The translations under genes and the position numbers were made by a program. Under the pieces are notes generated by a model. It made no database searches. It saw only the letters and a list, made by a program, of their open reading frames with translations, and was not told the DNA's origin. Below, one piece after another: positions 16,726 to 26,292 of a stretch of DNA of 32,000 nucleotides (positions are counted from its first letter, which is position 1; each line of letters opens with the position of its first letter). This DNA is from Candidatus Arthromitus sp. SFB-rat-Yit (lineage in GTDB: Bacteria > Bacillota > Clostridia > Clostridiales > Clostridiaceae). The stretch spans positions 540,001 to 572,000 of the forward strand of contig NC_016012.1 in NCBI RefSeq assembly GCF_000283555.1. The letters run 5' to 3'.

Positions 16726-16941
16726 ATGAAAAAAATAGATATTTGTGAAAGTAATTTTGCTTTAGGGACAGACAAAGTTGTAGAAGAATTAGAGAAATCA
16801 AACGAATTTGAAGTTGAAGTTCATGGATGTTTGGGTTATTGTGGAGAATGTTGTGAATCACTTTTTGTTTTATTGGATGGTAAAATGATCGCAGCAGATT
16901 CACCAGAGAAATTACTTGAAGAAATAAATAATAATAAATAA
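16726..16941 (+). CDS. DUF1450 (YuzB-like) small Cys-rich protein
   Basis: 71 aa. The pattern IDICESN...VEVHGCLGYCGECCESLFVLLDG matches the YuzB/DUF1450 family. Confidence 0.7.
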   Translation: MKKIDICESNFALGTDKVVEELEKSNEFEVEVHGCLGYCGECCESLFVLLDGKMIAADSPEKLLEEINNNK

Positions 16942-17025
16942 CATAATTTCATTTTTAATTGTTAACAATATAAGATAAGTACGAAAGTTTAGAATAGGGA
17001 GGTGTATTCCTTTTAAGGATATATT

Positions 17026-17298
17026 ATGGAAAATAAAGATAAAGAATTGTTAAATGACGAAGAACTTGAGCATGAGCCAGTCTTTGTTGAATTTGAAGAT
17101 GAAAACCAAAACACTATAAGGTGTGAGGTTATTGATGGATTTGAATATAAAGATAAAAATTATTGTGTTGTTTACAATGAAGAAGATGGATCATCTTATG
17201 TTTTTAGATTAACTGATGATGATGAATTGGTTGTACCAGAAGAAAAAGAGTTCGAAGAAGTTGCTGCTTATTATGATAGTATGATAGAGGAAGATTAA
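17026..17298 (+). CDS. DUF1292 (UPF0473-like) acidic small protein
   Basis: 90 aa and highly acidic. Core sequence: VEFEDENQNTIRCEVIDGFEYKDKNYCVV...DDELVVPEEKEFEEV. Confidence 0.65.
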   Translation: MENKDKELLNDEELEHEPVFVEFEDENQNTIRCEVIDGFEYKDKNYCVVYNEEDGSSYVFRLTDDDELVVPEEKEFEEVAAYYDSMIEED

Positions 17299-17311
17299 GA
17301 ACTTTTTATGT

Positions 17312-17342
17312 GTGCCCTTATTTTTTAGGGCACTTTTATTTT
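17312..17342 (+). terminator. Rho-independent terminator
   Basis: A GC-rich 7-bp stem pairs gtgccct with agggcac around an 8-nt loop, followed by ttttatttt. Confidence 0.65.
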
Positions 17343-17360
17343 ACATATTTGGGGGATTCT

Positions 17361-18005
17361 ATGAAATTTGCAATATTTGATGTCGATTTAACGTTGACAA
17401 AGAGGGATACGTTTATTGATTTTTATAAGTTTTTATGTAAGGAGGACAAGCGTTTTTATGCTTATCTGAATAATGTTATTTTTTCGGGTTTGATGTATGG
17501 GCTTAAAATATATGATGAAAGAAAATCTAAAGAACAGTATTTATCTTTTTTGAATGGAGTTCATGAAAATGTTATTGATAGGTTTGCGAGAAAATTTTTC
17601 TATGAGCATTTGATGAATAAGCTGATTTATAAAGATGCTATAATTGAGATTGGAAAGCGTAAAAGCGAAGGGTATGTAATAGTTTTAATTTCAGCTTCAC
17701 CAGAATTTTATTTGAAATATTTTAATGAGCTAACTTATGTTGATTATGTTTTGGGAACAAAATATGAAGTTGTGAATGGGTTTTATACAGGGAAGATGGT
17801 AGGATTTAATAATAAAGGTAAGGAAAAAGTTTTTAGATTCCAAGAACTTTTGTTTAAAGAGAATATAAGAGATTATGATTTTGATAATTCGATAATGTAT
17901 TCAGATTCGTTGCATGACCTTCCTATGTTTAGTATGATTGGCGGCGGATTTCTTATAAATAGTAGTAAGAGAGTGAAGGGATTAATTAATTTGAATTGGA
18001 ATTAA
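17361..18005 (+). CDS. HAD-superfamily hydrolase, subfamily IB
   Basis: MKFAIFDVDLTLT carries the DxDxT motif, and the C-terminus has YSDSLHDLPM. The track's start at 17310 lies inside the terminator. ATG 17361 follows GGGGG and is preferred. Confidence 0.75.
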   Translation: MKFAIFDVDLTLTKRDTFIDFYKFLCKEDKRFYAYLNNVIFSGLMYGLKIYDERKSKEQYLSFLNGVHENVIDRFARKFFYEHLMNKLIYKDAIIEIGKRKSEGYVIVLISASPEFYLKYFNELTYVDYVLGTKYEVVNGFYTGKMVGFNNKGKEKVFRFQELLFKENIRDYDFDNSIMYSDSLHDLPMFSMIGGGFLINSSKRVKGLINLNWN

Positions 18006-18805
18006 TGGAGATGGAATTTAAGTTTAAGGAATTTTGGTTTAATGGTGAATTGATTTCTGAAAAAGAATTTAAAAATTATTATGAGTATCATAAAAGGAAT
18101 GTTTATGAAGTTATTAGAGTTATAAATTCAAAAATATTATTTTTAAATGATCATATAGACAGACTTAATAATTCAATTTTGTTAATGCATGGAAGTAAAA
18201 TTAATTTAGATAATTTGATTTCAAATATTGAGTTAGTCATACAAAAAAATGAAATTTTAAATGGCAATATAAAAATTGAATTTATATTTAAGGACGATAG
18301 AGTTAACTTTTATATTTACCCAATTAATTTTTATTATCCAGATACACGCTTTGGTGTTGCGAGTATTACATGCAATATTGAAAGAGAAAATCCATCTGTA
18401 AAATCTTACAATTATAATTTTAAAAATAAGATGGAAAAGATTATTGAAGAAAAGAATGTTTATGAAGTTTTGTTAGTTAATAGAGATGGATTAATTACTG
18501 AAGGAAGTAGGAGCAATATATATTTTGTTAAATATAACAATTTTTTCACTGCACCAACTTGTATGGTTTTAAATGGGATTACACGTATTAATGTAAATAA
18601 TATTATATGTAATCTTGGATTCAATTTGTTTGAGGAAGCTGTACATGTTGATAATATAGCAAAGTTTGATGCTTGTTTTCTTACGAGTACATCGTCAAAT
18701 GTTTTGCCAATAAATAAGATAAATGATATACTAATCAGCTCATCTGAAAATAAATATTTGAGCATGGTTAATTCTTACTTTGAAAAATATTTAAAAAAAA
18801 TATAA
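18005..18805 (+). CDS. Class IV aminotransferase family protein (PabC / D-amino-acid aminotransferase-like)
   Basis: Motifs: HIDRLNNS, VKSYNYNF (catalytic Lys motif), EGSRSNIYF, LNGITR, FLTSTSSNVLPI. The ATG overlaps the HAD stop codon (TAATG). Confidence 0.7.
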   Translation: MEMEFKFKEFWFNGELISEKEFKNYYEYHKRNVYEVIRVINSKILFLNDHIDRLNNSILLMHGSKINLDNLISNIELVIQKNEILNGNIKIEFIFKDDRVNFYIYPINFYYPDTRFGVASITCNIERENPSVKSYNYNFKNKMEKIIEEKNVYEVLLVNRDGLITEGSRSNIYFVKYNNFFTAPTCMVLNGITRINVNNIICNLGFNLFEEAVHVDNIAKFDACFLTSTSSNVLPINKINDILISSSENKYLSMVNSYFEKYLKKI

Positions 18806-18819
18806 TAAGATAATATTCT

Positions 18820-18865
18820 AGGCTATTTGTGAAATAATAAAAACAAATAGCCTTGAGTTTTTTTG
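18820..18865 (+). terminator. Rho-independent terminator preceding the chemotaxis operon
   Basis: A perfect 11-bp stem pairs aggctatttgt with acaaatagcct around an 11-nt loop. A T7 run begins 3 nt downstream. Confidence 0.7.
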
Positions 18866-18913
18866 TATGTTTTGAAATGCAGTATGGTTTATAGAAGGAG
18901 GTAAGTTGTTTGA

Positions 18914-19390
18914 ATGTTTATGAGTAAGCTTTTAATCTTTAAGGTTGGTAAGAGTAAGTATGCTTGCAATATAAAAGATGTTGATAGAATTATTAAATAT
19001 GAAAATTTGACATATGTTCCATCAAAACAGGTAAGTTTTGAGGGGTTTTATAATCATGAAGGAAGGGTTATAAAAATATTTAATATGTCTAAAAGGCTTG
19101 GAGTGGAAGATGATACACCTATTAAAAGCACAAATAGAAAGATAATTATTGTAAAAGATGGGAATGTTTTAGTTGGAATAGTTGTTGATGAGGTACTTGA
19201 GGTTTTTAATTACGGTGATCAGAATAATAAGATTAAAGATAATAAAGAAAAATTAAATACATTTAAGGATAAAGATAAGTATATAGACTTGCATTATGTT
19301 AAAGATATGATTTTGTTAAATGGCGAAATTGTTATATATATTTCGATAACCAAAATAATTGCTATAGAATTAGAAGAGAGTGATTTGTAA
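18914..19390 (+). CDS. cheW: CheW-like chemotaxis coupling protein (divergent, with a Lys/Asn-rich insertion)
   Basis: CheW-fold pattern: LLIFKVGKSKYACNIKDVDRII...VPSKQVSFEGFYNHEGRVIKIFNM...VGIVVDEVLEV. RBS GGAGG lies upstream. Confidence 0.75.
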   Translation: MFMSKLLIFKVGKSKYACNIKDVDRIIKYENLTYVPSKQVSFEGFYNHEGRVIKIFNMSKRLGVEDDTPIKSTNRKIIIVKDGNVLVGIVVDEVLEVFNYGDQNNKIKDNKEKLNTFKDKDKYIDLHYVKDMILLNGEIVIYISITKIIAIELEESDL

Positions 19391-19395
19391 ATTTT

Positions 19396-19887
19396 ATGAA
19401 TACAAATGTGAATGTTGGAATTGGTGATGTGAAATTTGGGACACATCCAATGATTCTAGAAACAAGAGGTTTAGGGTCATGTGTTGGAGTTACAATGTAT
19501 GACCCTACAAAGAAAATAGGTGGATTAGCACATATTATGTTACCAAATTCTAATCCTAGTGAGACAATAACAGATACAACAAAATTGCGTTATGCAAATT
19601 ATGCATTACCTTTTATGGTTGGTAAATTGATACTTATGGGTTGTTTTAAAGAAAATATAGTAGGCAAATTGGTTGGTGGTGCTTCAATGTTCAAAAGAAA
19701 TTCTCCAACTCTTGATATAGGGAAGAAGAATATAGAGGCAGTGAGGAAGTTTTTTCATGATAATTCATTATCTATTGTAAGTCAGCATATCGAAGGAGTA
19801 GTTGGAAGAAGTGTATTTTTTGACCTGGATAATGGCAGAGTTCTTGTAAAAATTTATGGGAAAAACAAACAAGAATTTGAAATATAG
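19396..19887 (+). CDS. cheD: Chemoreceptor glutamine deamidase CheD
   Basis: Motifs: LGSCVGVTMYDPTKKIGGLAHIMLP and GGASMF. Confidence 0.9.
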   Translation: MNTNVNVGIGDVKFGTHPMILETRGLGSCVGVTMYDPTKKIGGLAHIMLPNSNPSETITDTTKLRYANYALPFMVGKLILMGCFKENIVGKLVGGASMFKRNSPTLDIGKKNIEAVRKFFHDNSLSIVSQHIEGVVGRSVFFDLDNGRVLVKIYGKNKQEFEI

Positions 19888-20890
19888 AGATCGAATTATA
19901 AAAACGAAACTTATTATATATGATGAATCAAATTTAATGAAAAAACTTGTCTACGATAGATTTTCGAAAGACCCTAGTATAGATATTATAGATATTTTTC
20001 ATGATTGTGATGAAATGAAAAATTTCATTATAAATTCAGGAATTGTACTAGATGTAATAATTTTGAATCAAGTATATCATGATAAAAATGATTTTATTAA
20101 GCGTTTATTAGAATTGAAGAATTTTACTGTTAATTTAATAGTTATATCACATTTTGATAGTAGTACGATTGAATTTATTAAACAAACAATAGGTGCAGAT
20201 AAGTTAATATTTATCAAAGCTTTGAATAAATCTGAGCTTAAAAATATTTTTGAGATAAAGGAAAAACTTGTAGATATTGTTTATGGTATAAAAAATAGTC
20301 GTATTAAAAGAGCGATATTTGATAGCCATAAAGCTATAGTAATTGCATCATCAACAGGAGGACCTAAGGTTTTAGAATATATATTTGGAAATCTTGAAAC
20401 TAAAATAGATATGCCTGTATTTATAGTTCAGCATATGCCTGAAGGTCATACGAAACAATTTGCCGATAGGTTAGCTGGACTTTGTAGTTATAAGGTTTGT
20501 GAAGGAAAAAATGGAGAAATTGCAATTGCTAATGTAATTTATATTGCACCAAGTGGGTATCATATGGAGCTTGACTGTAATAAACAAATTAAATTAAACG
20601 TTAACAAACCAATAAACAATGTTAGACCATCTGCTGATATTTTATTCTGTTCAGCGTCTAAGATTTATAAAAAAGGTCTTTTAGGTATTGTGTTGACTGG
20701 AATGGGTAAAGATGGTTCTGATGGAATTAGGAATGTAAAAATAAATGGAGGCATTACTATAGCTCAAGATGAAGGAAGCAGTACTGTTTTTGGTATGCCT
20801 AAATCAGCAATTGAAACCGGAATGATAGATAAAATTTTATCAAAAGATGAAATATTGTTTGAGATTGTTAAGCATTCAGGCAAATTATAG
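19856..20890 (+). CDS. cheB: Protein-glutamate methylesterase CheB with a degenerate receiver domain
   Basis: Catalytic domain motifs: ASSTGGPKVL (Ser), VQHMPEGHT (His), TGMGKDGSDG (Asp). The N-terminal REC-like fold has Asn at the phospho-acceptor position. The gene overlaps cheD by 32 nt. Confidence 0.85.
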   Translation: MGKTNKNLKYRDRIIKTKLIIYDESNLMKKLVYDRFSKDPSIDIIDIFHDCDEMKNFIINSGIVLDVIILNQVYHDKNDFIKRLLELKNFTVNLIVISHFDSSTIEFIKQTIGADKLIFIKALNKSELKNIFEIKEKLVDIVYGIKNSRIKRAIFDSHKAIVIASSTGGPKVLEYIFGNLETKIDMPVFIVQHMPEGHTKQFADRLAGLCSYKVCEGKNGEIAIANVIYIAPSGYHMELDCNKQIKLNVNKPINNVRPSADILFCSASKIYKKGLLGIVLTGMGKDGSDGIRNVKINGGITIAQDEGSSTVFGMPKSAIETGMIDKILSKDEILFEIVKHSGKL

Positions 20891-20914
20891 AGTGGTTTAA
20901 ATGAGGTAGGGATA

Positions 20915-21685
20915 ATGTATGATATTAACAAAATCCATGATTACGTTTATAAAGAATTTGATATACGTTTAAATGCGTATAAATCTGTTCAAATGAATCG
21001 AAGAATTGAAAGTTTTATTTCAAAATTAGGATTTAACACGTCAGATGATTTTATAAAGAAATGTAAGTTTGATAAAAAAATAAATGAAGATTTTTTAGAC
21101 TTAATAACTATAAACGTAACAGAATTTTTTAGGAATCCAGATGTCTTTTTTAAAATAGATGAACTAATTAAAAAACATTTACCTAAGAGAGATACTTATA
21201 GAATCTGGAGTAGTGCTTGTTCTAATGGTTCAGAACCTTATTCTGTAGCTATGATACTTGAAAATATTAATATCGCTAATTATGAAATATTGGCGACAGA
21301 TATTGATAGAAAAATGTTAAATTATGCAGAAAATGGGATTTATACTAAAGATGAGATTGTTAATGTTCCATTAGATTATTTAGAAAAATATTTTGATATG
21401 AGTCAAGACAAATTCAAAATTAAAGATTTTATAAAGAATAAAATTAAATTTAGAAAGCATGATTTGATACTTGAATATTTTCCGAGTAATTTTGATTTGA
21501 TATTGTGTAGAAATGTTGTTATATATTTCACCAAAGATGAGAAAATTAAGATATATAATAAATTCTATGATTCATTAAACGATCAGGGAATTGTTTTTAT
21601 AGGTGCTACAGAAAATATTTACGATTACAAACAAGTTGGGTTCAATAAATTAGGTACATTTTTTTACCAAAAGGTGGTGAAATAA
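20915..21685 (+). CDS. cheR: Chemotaxis protein methyltransferase CheR
   Basis: Motifs: INVTEFFRNPDVF, IWSSACSNGSEPYSVAM, CRNVVIYF. Confidence 0.9.
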   Translation: MYDINKIHDYVYKEFDIRLNAYKSVQMNRRIESFISKLGFNTSDDFIKKCKFDKKINEDFLDLITINVTEFFRNPDVFFKIDELIKKHLPKRDTYRIWSSACSNGSEPYSVAMILENINIANYEILATDIDRKMLNYAENGIYTKDEIVNVPLDYLEKYFDMSQDKFKIKDFIKNKIKFRKHDLILEYFPSNFDLILCRNVVIYFTKDEKIKIYNKFYDSLNDQGIVFIGATENIYDYKQVGFNKLGTFFYQKVVK

Positions 21686-21686
21686 A

Positions 21687-23834
21687 TTGGATATTTCACA
21701 ATATTTATCGATGTTTCTTGAAGAATCTATGGAAAATTTATCTAAACTAAATGATTCTTTATTGGAGCTTGAGCAAAAACCAGATGATTTAGAAGTAGTT
21801 AATGAGATATTTAGAGTTAGTCATACCATTAAAGGAATGTCTGCAACAATGGGATATATGAAAATGTCAGAATTAACTCATAAGATGGAAGATGTATTGT
21901 CAAAATTTAGAGAGGGTACGCTCAAGGTTAATAGAGATGTTGTTACGATTTTATTTAAATGTCTTGATACATTGGAATTTATGATTAATAACATAAGCGA
22001 TGGAAATAATGATGAAATGGATATAGATGAGATCGTTGAAAGTTTAGCTGGAATTTCAGGGGATAAAGTTGTAGGAAATGTAGATCAAACTATTGAAAGT
22101 ACAGATGAGAGTAAAGTAAAGGATGAAACTGTTGAAGAAAAGTTAAAGCTTGAAGAGCATCATATAAACATTATAAATAGAGAAAAGACACCTTATTTTG
22201 TTTATGAAATAAAGATTATTCTTACTGATACTGTTTTATTGAAAACAGCAAGAGTTTTTATATTATTTAGAGAGATAGAGAAGTATGGAGATATTATACA
22301 TACTTTACCGTCTACTCAGGATATTGAAACAGAAAATTTTGATTTTGAAGTTGATATGCTTTATATAACTATGATGCCTAAAGAGAATCTTCAAAATATT
22401 ATAAAACATATTTCTGAGATAAAGAAGGTTGCTATAAAAGAAATAAATTCTGACAATGTTAAGAAATCTTATGGAAATGAGGTATTCATAAATCTTGAAG
22501 AGGCTTCGGAAAATTTAAAAAATAATATTAAAGATGAAGAAAATACTAAATCAAAAGACTTATCTAAGGAAAAAAATAACATAGCAGTTAATGATGAAAA
22601 TATAAATAAAGTTCAAATAAATGCAAATAATAAAGATGGAACTATGGAAAAAGTGTCTAAGACTAAAAAACAATCTATGTCAATTAAGAAGGGGACACAA
22701 TCAGTTAGAGTTGACTTGGATAGGTTAGACATGGTTATGAATATGGTATCAGAGCTTGTAATTCATAGAACAAGACTTGAGCAGATTAGTAATACATATA
22801 ATTCTTCAGAACTTAATGAAACGCTTGAACAAATTGCTCGATCCACATCGGAATTACAAGACCTGGTCATGAAAATTAGAATGTTACCATTAGAAGTTGT
22901 ATTTAGTAGATTTCCGAGAATGATAAGGGATTTGTCTTTAGAACTTAATAAAGATATTCAATTTGTTATTGAAGGAGCAAATACTGAGCTTGATAGGACA
23001 GTTATTGATGAGATTGGAGAACCGCTTATACATCTTTTAAGAAATGCAGTAGATCATGGAATAGAAACTAAGGATGAGAGAATTGAAGCTGGTAAAAATC
23101 CAACAGGGCAAATACATCTCTATGCTTATCAAGAAGGCACTAAAGCTGTAATTAAGATACGAGATGATGGCAGAGGGTTAAATGTTGAAAAAATTAAAGC
23201 TAAGGCTGAGAAAATTGGTATAACTACTAATGGAATGTCTGAAACAGATATAAAGAATTTAATTTTTTTAGAAGGTTTTAGTACAAATGAAAAGGTTACA
23301 GATATTTCAGGTAGAGGAGTTGGTATGGATGTTGTCAAAACAAAAATATCATCTCTTGGAGGAACTATAGATCTTCAAAGTGAAAAAGGTAAGGGATCAA
23401 CTTTTGTAATAAAATTACCGCTAACTTTGCAAATAATTAAAGCGTTACTTGTTAAAGTTAATGGTGAAACTATGGCAATATCGTTGGGATTTGTAGATAG
23501 TGTTATAAATTGGAAGGAAGATTTGATAAAGAAAAGTAATAATAAGGAAGTTCTATCGTATAGAGATAAGATTATTCCGCTTATACGGATGTCTTATAAA
23601 TTTAGTTTAGAGGATAGAATATCTATGAATAATACTGATAATAACTATATAATCGTTGCTAAAGTTGGAGAAAAAATTGCTGCTTTGTTAGTTGATGATA
23701 TTTTAGGTCAGCAGGAAATAGTAATAAAAAATCTAGGAAAAAGCTTACAAGGATTAAAAGAGTATATAGGAGCAACAATATTAGGAGATGGTCTTGTTAC
23801 CCTTATAGTCGATGTAGCATCAATTATATCTTAA
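21687..23834 (+). CDS. cheA: Chemotaxis histidine kinase CheA
   Basis: HPt motif (FRVSHTIKGMSATMG), dimerisation region, HATPase motifs (HLLRNAVDHGIE, DDGRGL, GRGVGMDVV) and a C-terminal CheW-like domain. TTG start follows AGGTGGTGA. Confidence 0.95.
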   Translation: MDISQYLSMFLEESMENLSKLNDSLLELEQKPDDLEVVNEIFRVSHTIKGMSATMGYMKMSELTHKMEDVLSKFREGTLKVNRDVVTILFKCLDTLEFMINNISDGNNDEMDIDEIVESLAGISGDKVVGNVDQTIESTDESKVKDETVEEKLKLEEHHINIINREKTPYFVYEIKIILTDTVLLKTARVFILFREIEKYGDIIHTLPSTQDIETENFDFEVDMLYITMMPKENLQNIIKHISEIKKVAIKEINSDNVKKSYGNEVFINLEEASENLKNNIKDEENTKSKDLSKEKNNIAVNDENINKVQINANNKDGTMEKVSKTKKQSMSIKKGTQSVRVDLDRLDMVMNMVSELVIHRTRLEQISNTYNSSELNETLEQIARSTSELQDLVMKIRMLPLEVVFSRFPRMIRDLSLELNKDIQFVIEGANTELDRTVIDEIGEPLIHLLRNAVDHGIETKDERIEAGKNPTGQIHLYAYQEGTKAVIKIRDDGRGLNVEKIKAKAEKIGITTNGMSETDIKNLIFLEGFSTNEKVTDISGRGVGMDVVKTKISSLGGTIDLQSEKGKGSTFVIKLPLTLQIIKALLVKVNGETMAISLGFVDSVINWKEDLIKKSNNKEVLSYRDKIIPLIRMSYKFSLEDRISMNNTDNNYIIVAKVGEKIAALLVDDILGQQEIVIKNLGKSLQGLKEYIGATILGDGLVTLIVDVASIIS

Positions 23835-23853
23835 AAATAGGAGGAGAGAGGGT

Positions 23854-24459
23854 ATGCTCGAGTACTCTGAAGAACAATTAGATATGATGAAAGAAGTATC
23901 TAATATAGCACTTGGAAATTCAGCGACATCATTATCTGAATTGTTAAATACTAGGATAACTATGACTATTCCAAATGTTCATATTGAATCTATAAGTGAC
24001 TTTATGGATGAAGTTGATGATATTGAGGTAATAGGGAAAATTTTAATTTTAAAAGGCGATATAGAAGGAAGTGTTTTGCTGTTATTTGATATAAACACAG
24101 CGAAAAATATAGTAAAGGATATAGCAAGCGGACAATTAATGTTTCAAGATGAGTTGGATGATGTAAGAATTTCTTTTATAGAGGAAGTTTGTAACATAGT
24201 TTGTTCAACTTATATAAGAAACATTGCTGATTATTTTAATTTGAGAATTGAAATTGAAAGTAGTAGTTTGCTTTATGACAATCTTACTGCGATTTTATCT
24301 TACACATTAATGGAAGAGGAGCAGTTTTATGATGAGATATTAAATATAAATACAGATTTCAAATATGAGTTAGAAACTGAAATGATGAATGTATATTTTT
24401 ACTTTGTTCCCAGAAAGGGCAATTTAAATAAAATCTTTAAAAGTAAAAGTCAATTTTAG
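23854..24459 (+). CDS. cheC: CheY-P phosphatase CheC
   Basis: Two CheC-type D/S-x3-E-x2-N sites: DMMKEVSNIALGN...P and SFIEEVCNIV.... Strong RBS: AGGAGGAGAGAGGG. Confidence 0.85.
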   Translation: MLEYSEEQLDMMKEVSNIALGNSATSLSELLNTRITMTIPNVHIESISDFMDEVDDIEVIGKILILKGDIEGSVLLLFDINTAKNIVKDIASGQLMFQDELDDVRISFIEEVCNIVCSTYIRNIADYFNLRIEIESSSLLYDNLTAILSYTLMEEEQFYDEILNINTDFKYELETEMMNVYFYFVPRKGNLNKIFKSKSQF

Positions 24460-24470
24460 GAGGAATTACG

Positions 24471-24830
24471 ATGAGTAGAATTTTAATAGTTGATGATGCA
24501 GCTTTTATGAGAATGATGCTTAAGGATATATTAGAGAAGAATGGTTATCAAGTTATTGGAGAAGCAAGTAATGGTCTTAAAGCTATAGAACTTTATAAAA
24601 AAGATAGACCAGATGTTGTTACAATGGATATTACAATGCCAGAGATGGATGGTATTGAAGCATTAAGAGAAATTATGAGTTTCGATCCTAAAGCAAATAT
24701 CATAATGTGTAGTGCTATGGGTCAACAAGGAATGGTTATGGATGCTATTAAGTCGGGGGCTAAAGATTTTATAGTTAAACCTTTTCAATCAGAGAGAGTT
24801 ATTGAGTCAGTTAAAAAAGTTTTGGGATAA
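24471..24830 (+). CDS. cheY: Chemotaxis response regulator CheY
   Basis: 119 aa. Motifs: ILIVDDAAFMR, DVVTMDITMPEMDG, CSAMG, KDFIVKPF. Confidence 0.95.
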   Translation: MSRILIVDDAAFMRMMLKDILEKNGYQVIGEASNGLKAIELYKKDRPDVVTMDITMPEMDGIEALREIMSFDPKANIIMCSAMGQQGMVMDAIKSGAKDFIVKPFQSERVIESVKKVLG

Positions 24831-24839
24831 TTTAAGATT

Positions 24840-25268
24840 ATGCAATTAGTCATATTTAAAATCAGGGAGGAATTCTTTGGAGTTGAGGCATCGAAAGTTT
24901 TAAGTATAAATGATATGATGACGGTTACAAAGGTTCCTAATGCTCCAAGTTATATTAAGGGACTCATAAATTTAAGAGGGATTATTATTTCGCTTTTTGA
25001 TATTTCTATTTTATTGAATTTGAACCATAATTCTTATGATAATTCAACTTTAAAAGATAGTAGTATAATCATACTTGATATTGAGCTTGAAGAGATTGGA
25101 ATAATGGTTGACAAGGTAGATGAAGTAATAGATATAGATCCAAATTTGATTAAGAGATCTATAGATACTAAAATTCCATTTGTTAAAGGTGTATTGGAAC
25201 TTAATTTTAAACTGATTACGGTTATAGATATTAATAAATTTGTTCCGAAAGATAGCGAGGTGAGTTGA
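24840..25268 (+). CDS. cheW: Chemotaxis coupling protein CheW
   Basis: Motifs: QLVIFKIREEFFGVEASKVLSI...VPNAPSYIKGLINLRGIIISLFD...IGIMVDKVDEV. Confidence 0.9.
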   Translation: MQLVIFKIREEFFGVEASKVLSINDMMTVTKVPNAPSYIKGLINLRGIIISLFDISILLNLNHNSYDNSTLKDSSIIILDIELEEIGIMVDKVDEVIDIDPNLIKRSIDTKIPFVKGVLELNFKLITVIDINKFVPKDSEVS

Positions 25269-25272
25269 AGTT

Positions 25273-26292
25273 TTGGGCGATAATGTATTAAGCCAAGAAG
25301 AAATTGATAAGCTGTTGAATAGTATCGAATCCGAAGGTACTTCATATAATAAGCCTAATATTTTACAAAAAAATGTAAAAAAATATGATTTTAAAAGACC
25401 TCAAAAATTCACAAAAGATCATATGAAATCGTTAAGCATTATACATGAAAATTTTACTCAATATCTTTCGAGTTATTTTGTTTCAGTTTTTGGTGTTCAG
25501 GTTAAAATTGAAATTATGTCAACTGAACAGATAACATTTCATGAATTTGTTTTTTCAATGCCTAATCCAACTACAATAATATCATTTGAGATGCCACCTT
25601 TATTTGGAAATATTTTTATGGGATTGGAATCATCTTTATCAGTGTTATTGTTGAATTCACTCCTTGGTTCTAATGATAGAAAAAATTTAGGAATTATGAG
25701 AGAGTTTAGTGATATTGATAAGAAGATTTTGACGCAAGTATCGAATGAAATACTTAATATAATAAGGGTATCCTGGGATGATATTATAAGCGTTGAGCCT
25801 AAATTTGTTAACTTAGAGACTAATCCATCTACTGTTCAATCAATGGGTCCTAATGAACCTATATTATTTGTTACTTTCAAAATTGAGATTGAGGGAGCTG
25901 CATACTTTATGTATATTTGCTTACCTTATATTTCAATAGAGAAGATAGGTGATAAGTTAAATAGAGATTATTTAGTAAAGACAAATACTGAAGAAGAAGT
26001 AGAGATTATCAAAAAATCTATTAGAAAAGAATTGAACAGTGTAAATATAGAATTAGAGGCTATATTGGATAGGAAATTTATTAGTATTCAAGATTTTTTA
26101 TCTCTTCAACCTAACGATATCATAATTTTAAATAAAAAATGTAATAGTCCAGTTGAGATATATATTGAAGAAAGATTAATTTTTAATGGAGTTCTTGGGC
26201 TTGTTGGAGAGAATAAGGGTGTAAAGATTTTAGATATTTATTATAGTGAGGAGGTTATGAAGAATGGAGAAGGAAAATCAAAGTCAGAATGA
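25273..26292 (+). CDS. fliM: Flagellar motor switch protein FliM
   Basis: N-terminal CheY-P binding motif LSQEEIDKLL, a FliM middle domain and a C-terminal SpoA-like domain. TTG start follows GAGGTGAG. Confidence 0.9.
   Translation: MGDNVLSQEEIDKLLNSIESEGTSYNKPNILQKNVKKYDFKRPQKFTKDHMKSLSIIHENFTQYLSSYFVSVFGVQVKIEIMSTEQITFHEFVFSMPNPTTIISFEMPPLFGNIFMGLESSLSVLLLNSLLGSNDRKNLGIMREFSDIDKKILTQVSNEILNIIRVSWDDIISVEPKFVNLETNPSTVQSMGPNEPILFVTFKIEIEGAAYFMYICLPYISIEKIGDKLNRDYLVKTNTEEEVEIIKKSIRKELNSVNIELEAILDRKFISIQDFLSLQPNDIIILNKKCNSPVEIYIEERLIFNGVLGLVGENKGVKILDIYYSEEVMKNGEGKSKSE

Noticed and set aside
24175-24270. Second CheC active site has Ser where the D/S-x3-E-x2-N-x22-P consensus has Pro
   Set aside because: The catalytic E and N are intact, and the Pro is the least critical consensus position. 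A hand count cannot exclude a 1-residue register shift. Too weak to report as a finding.
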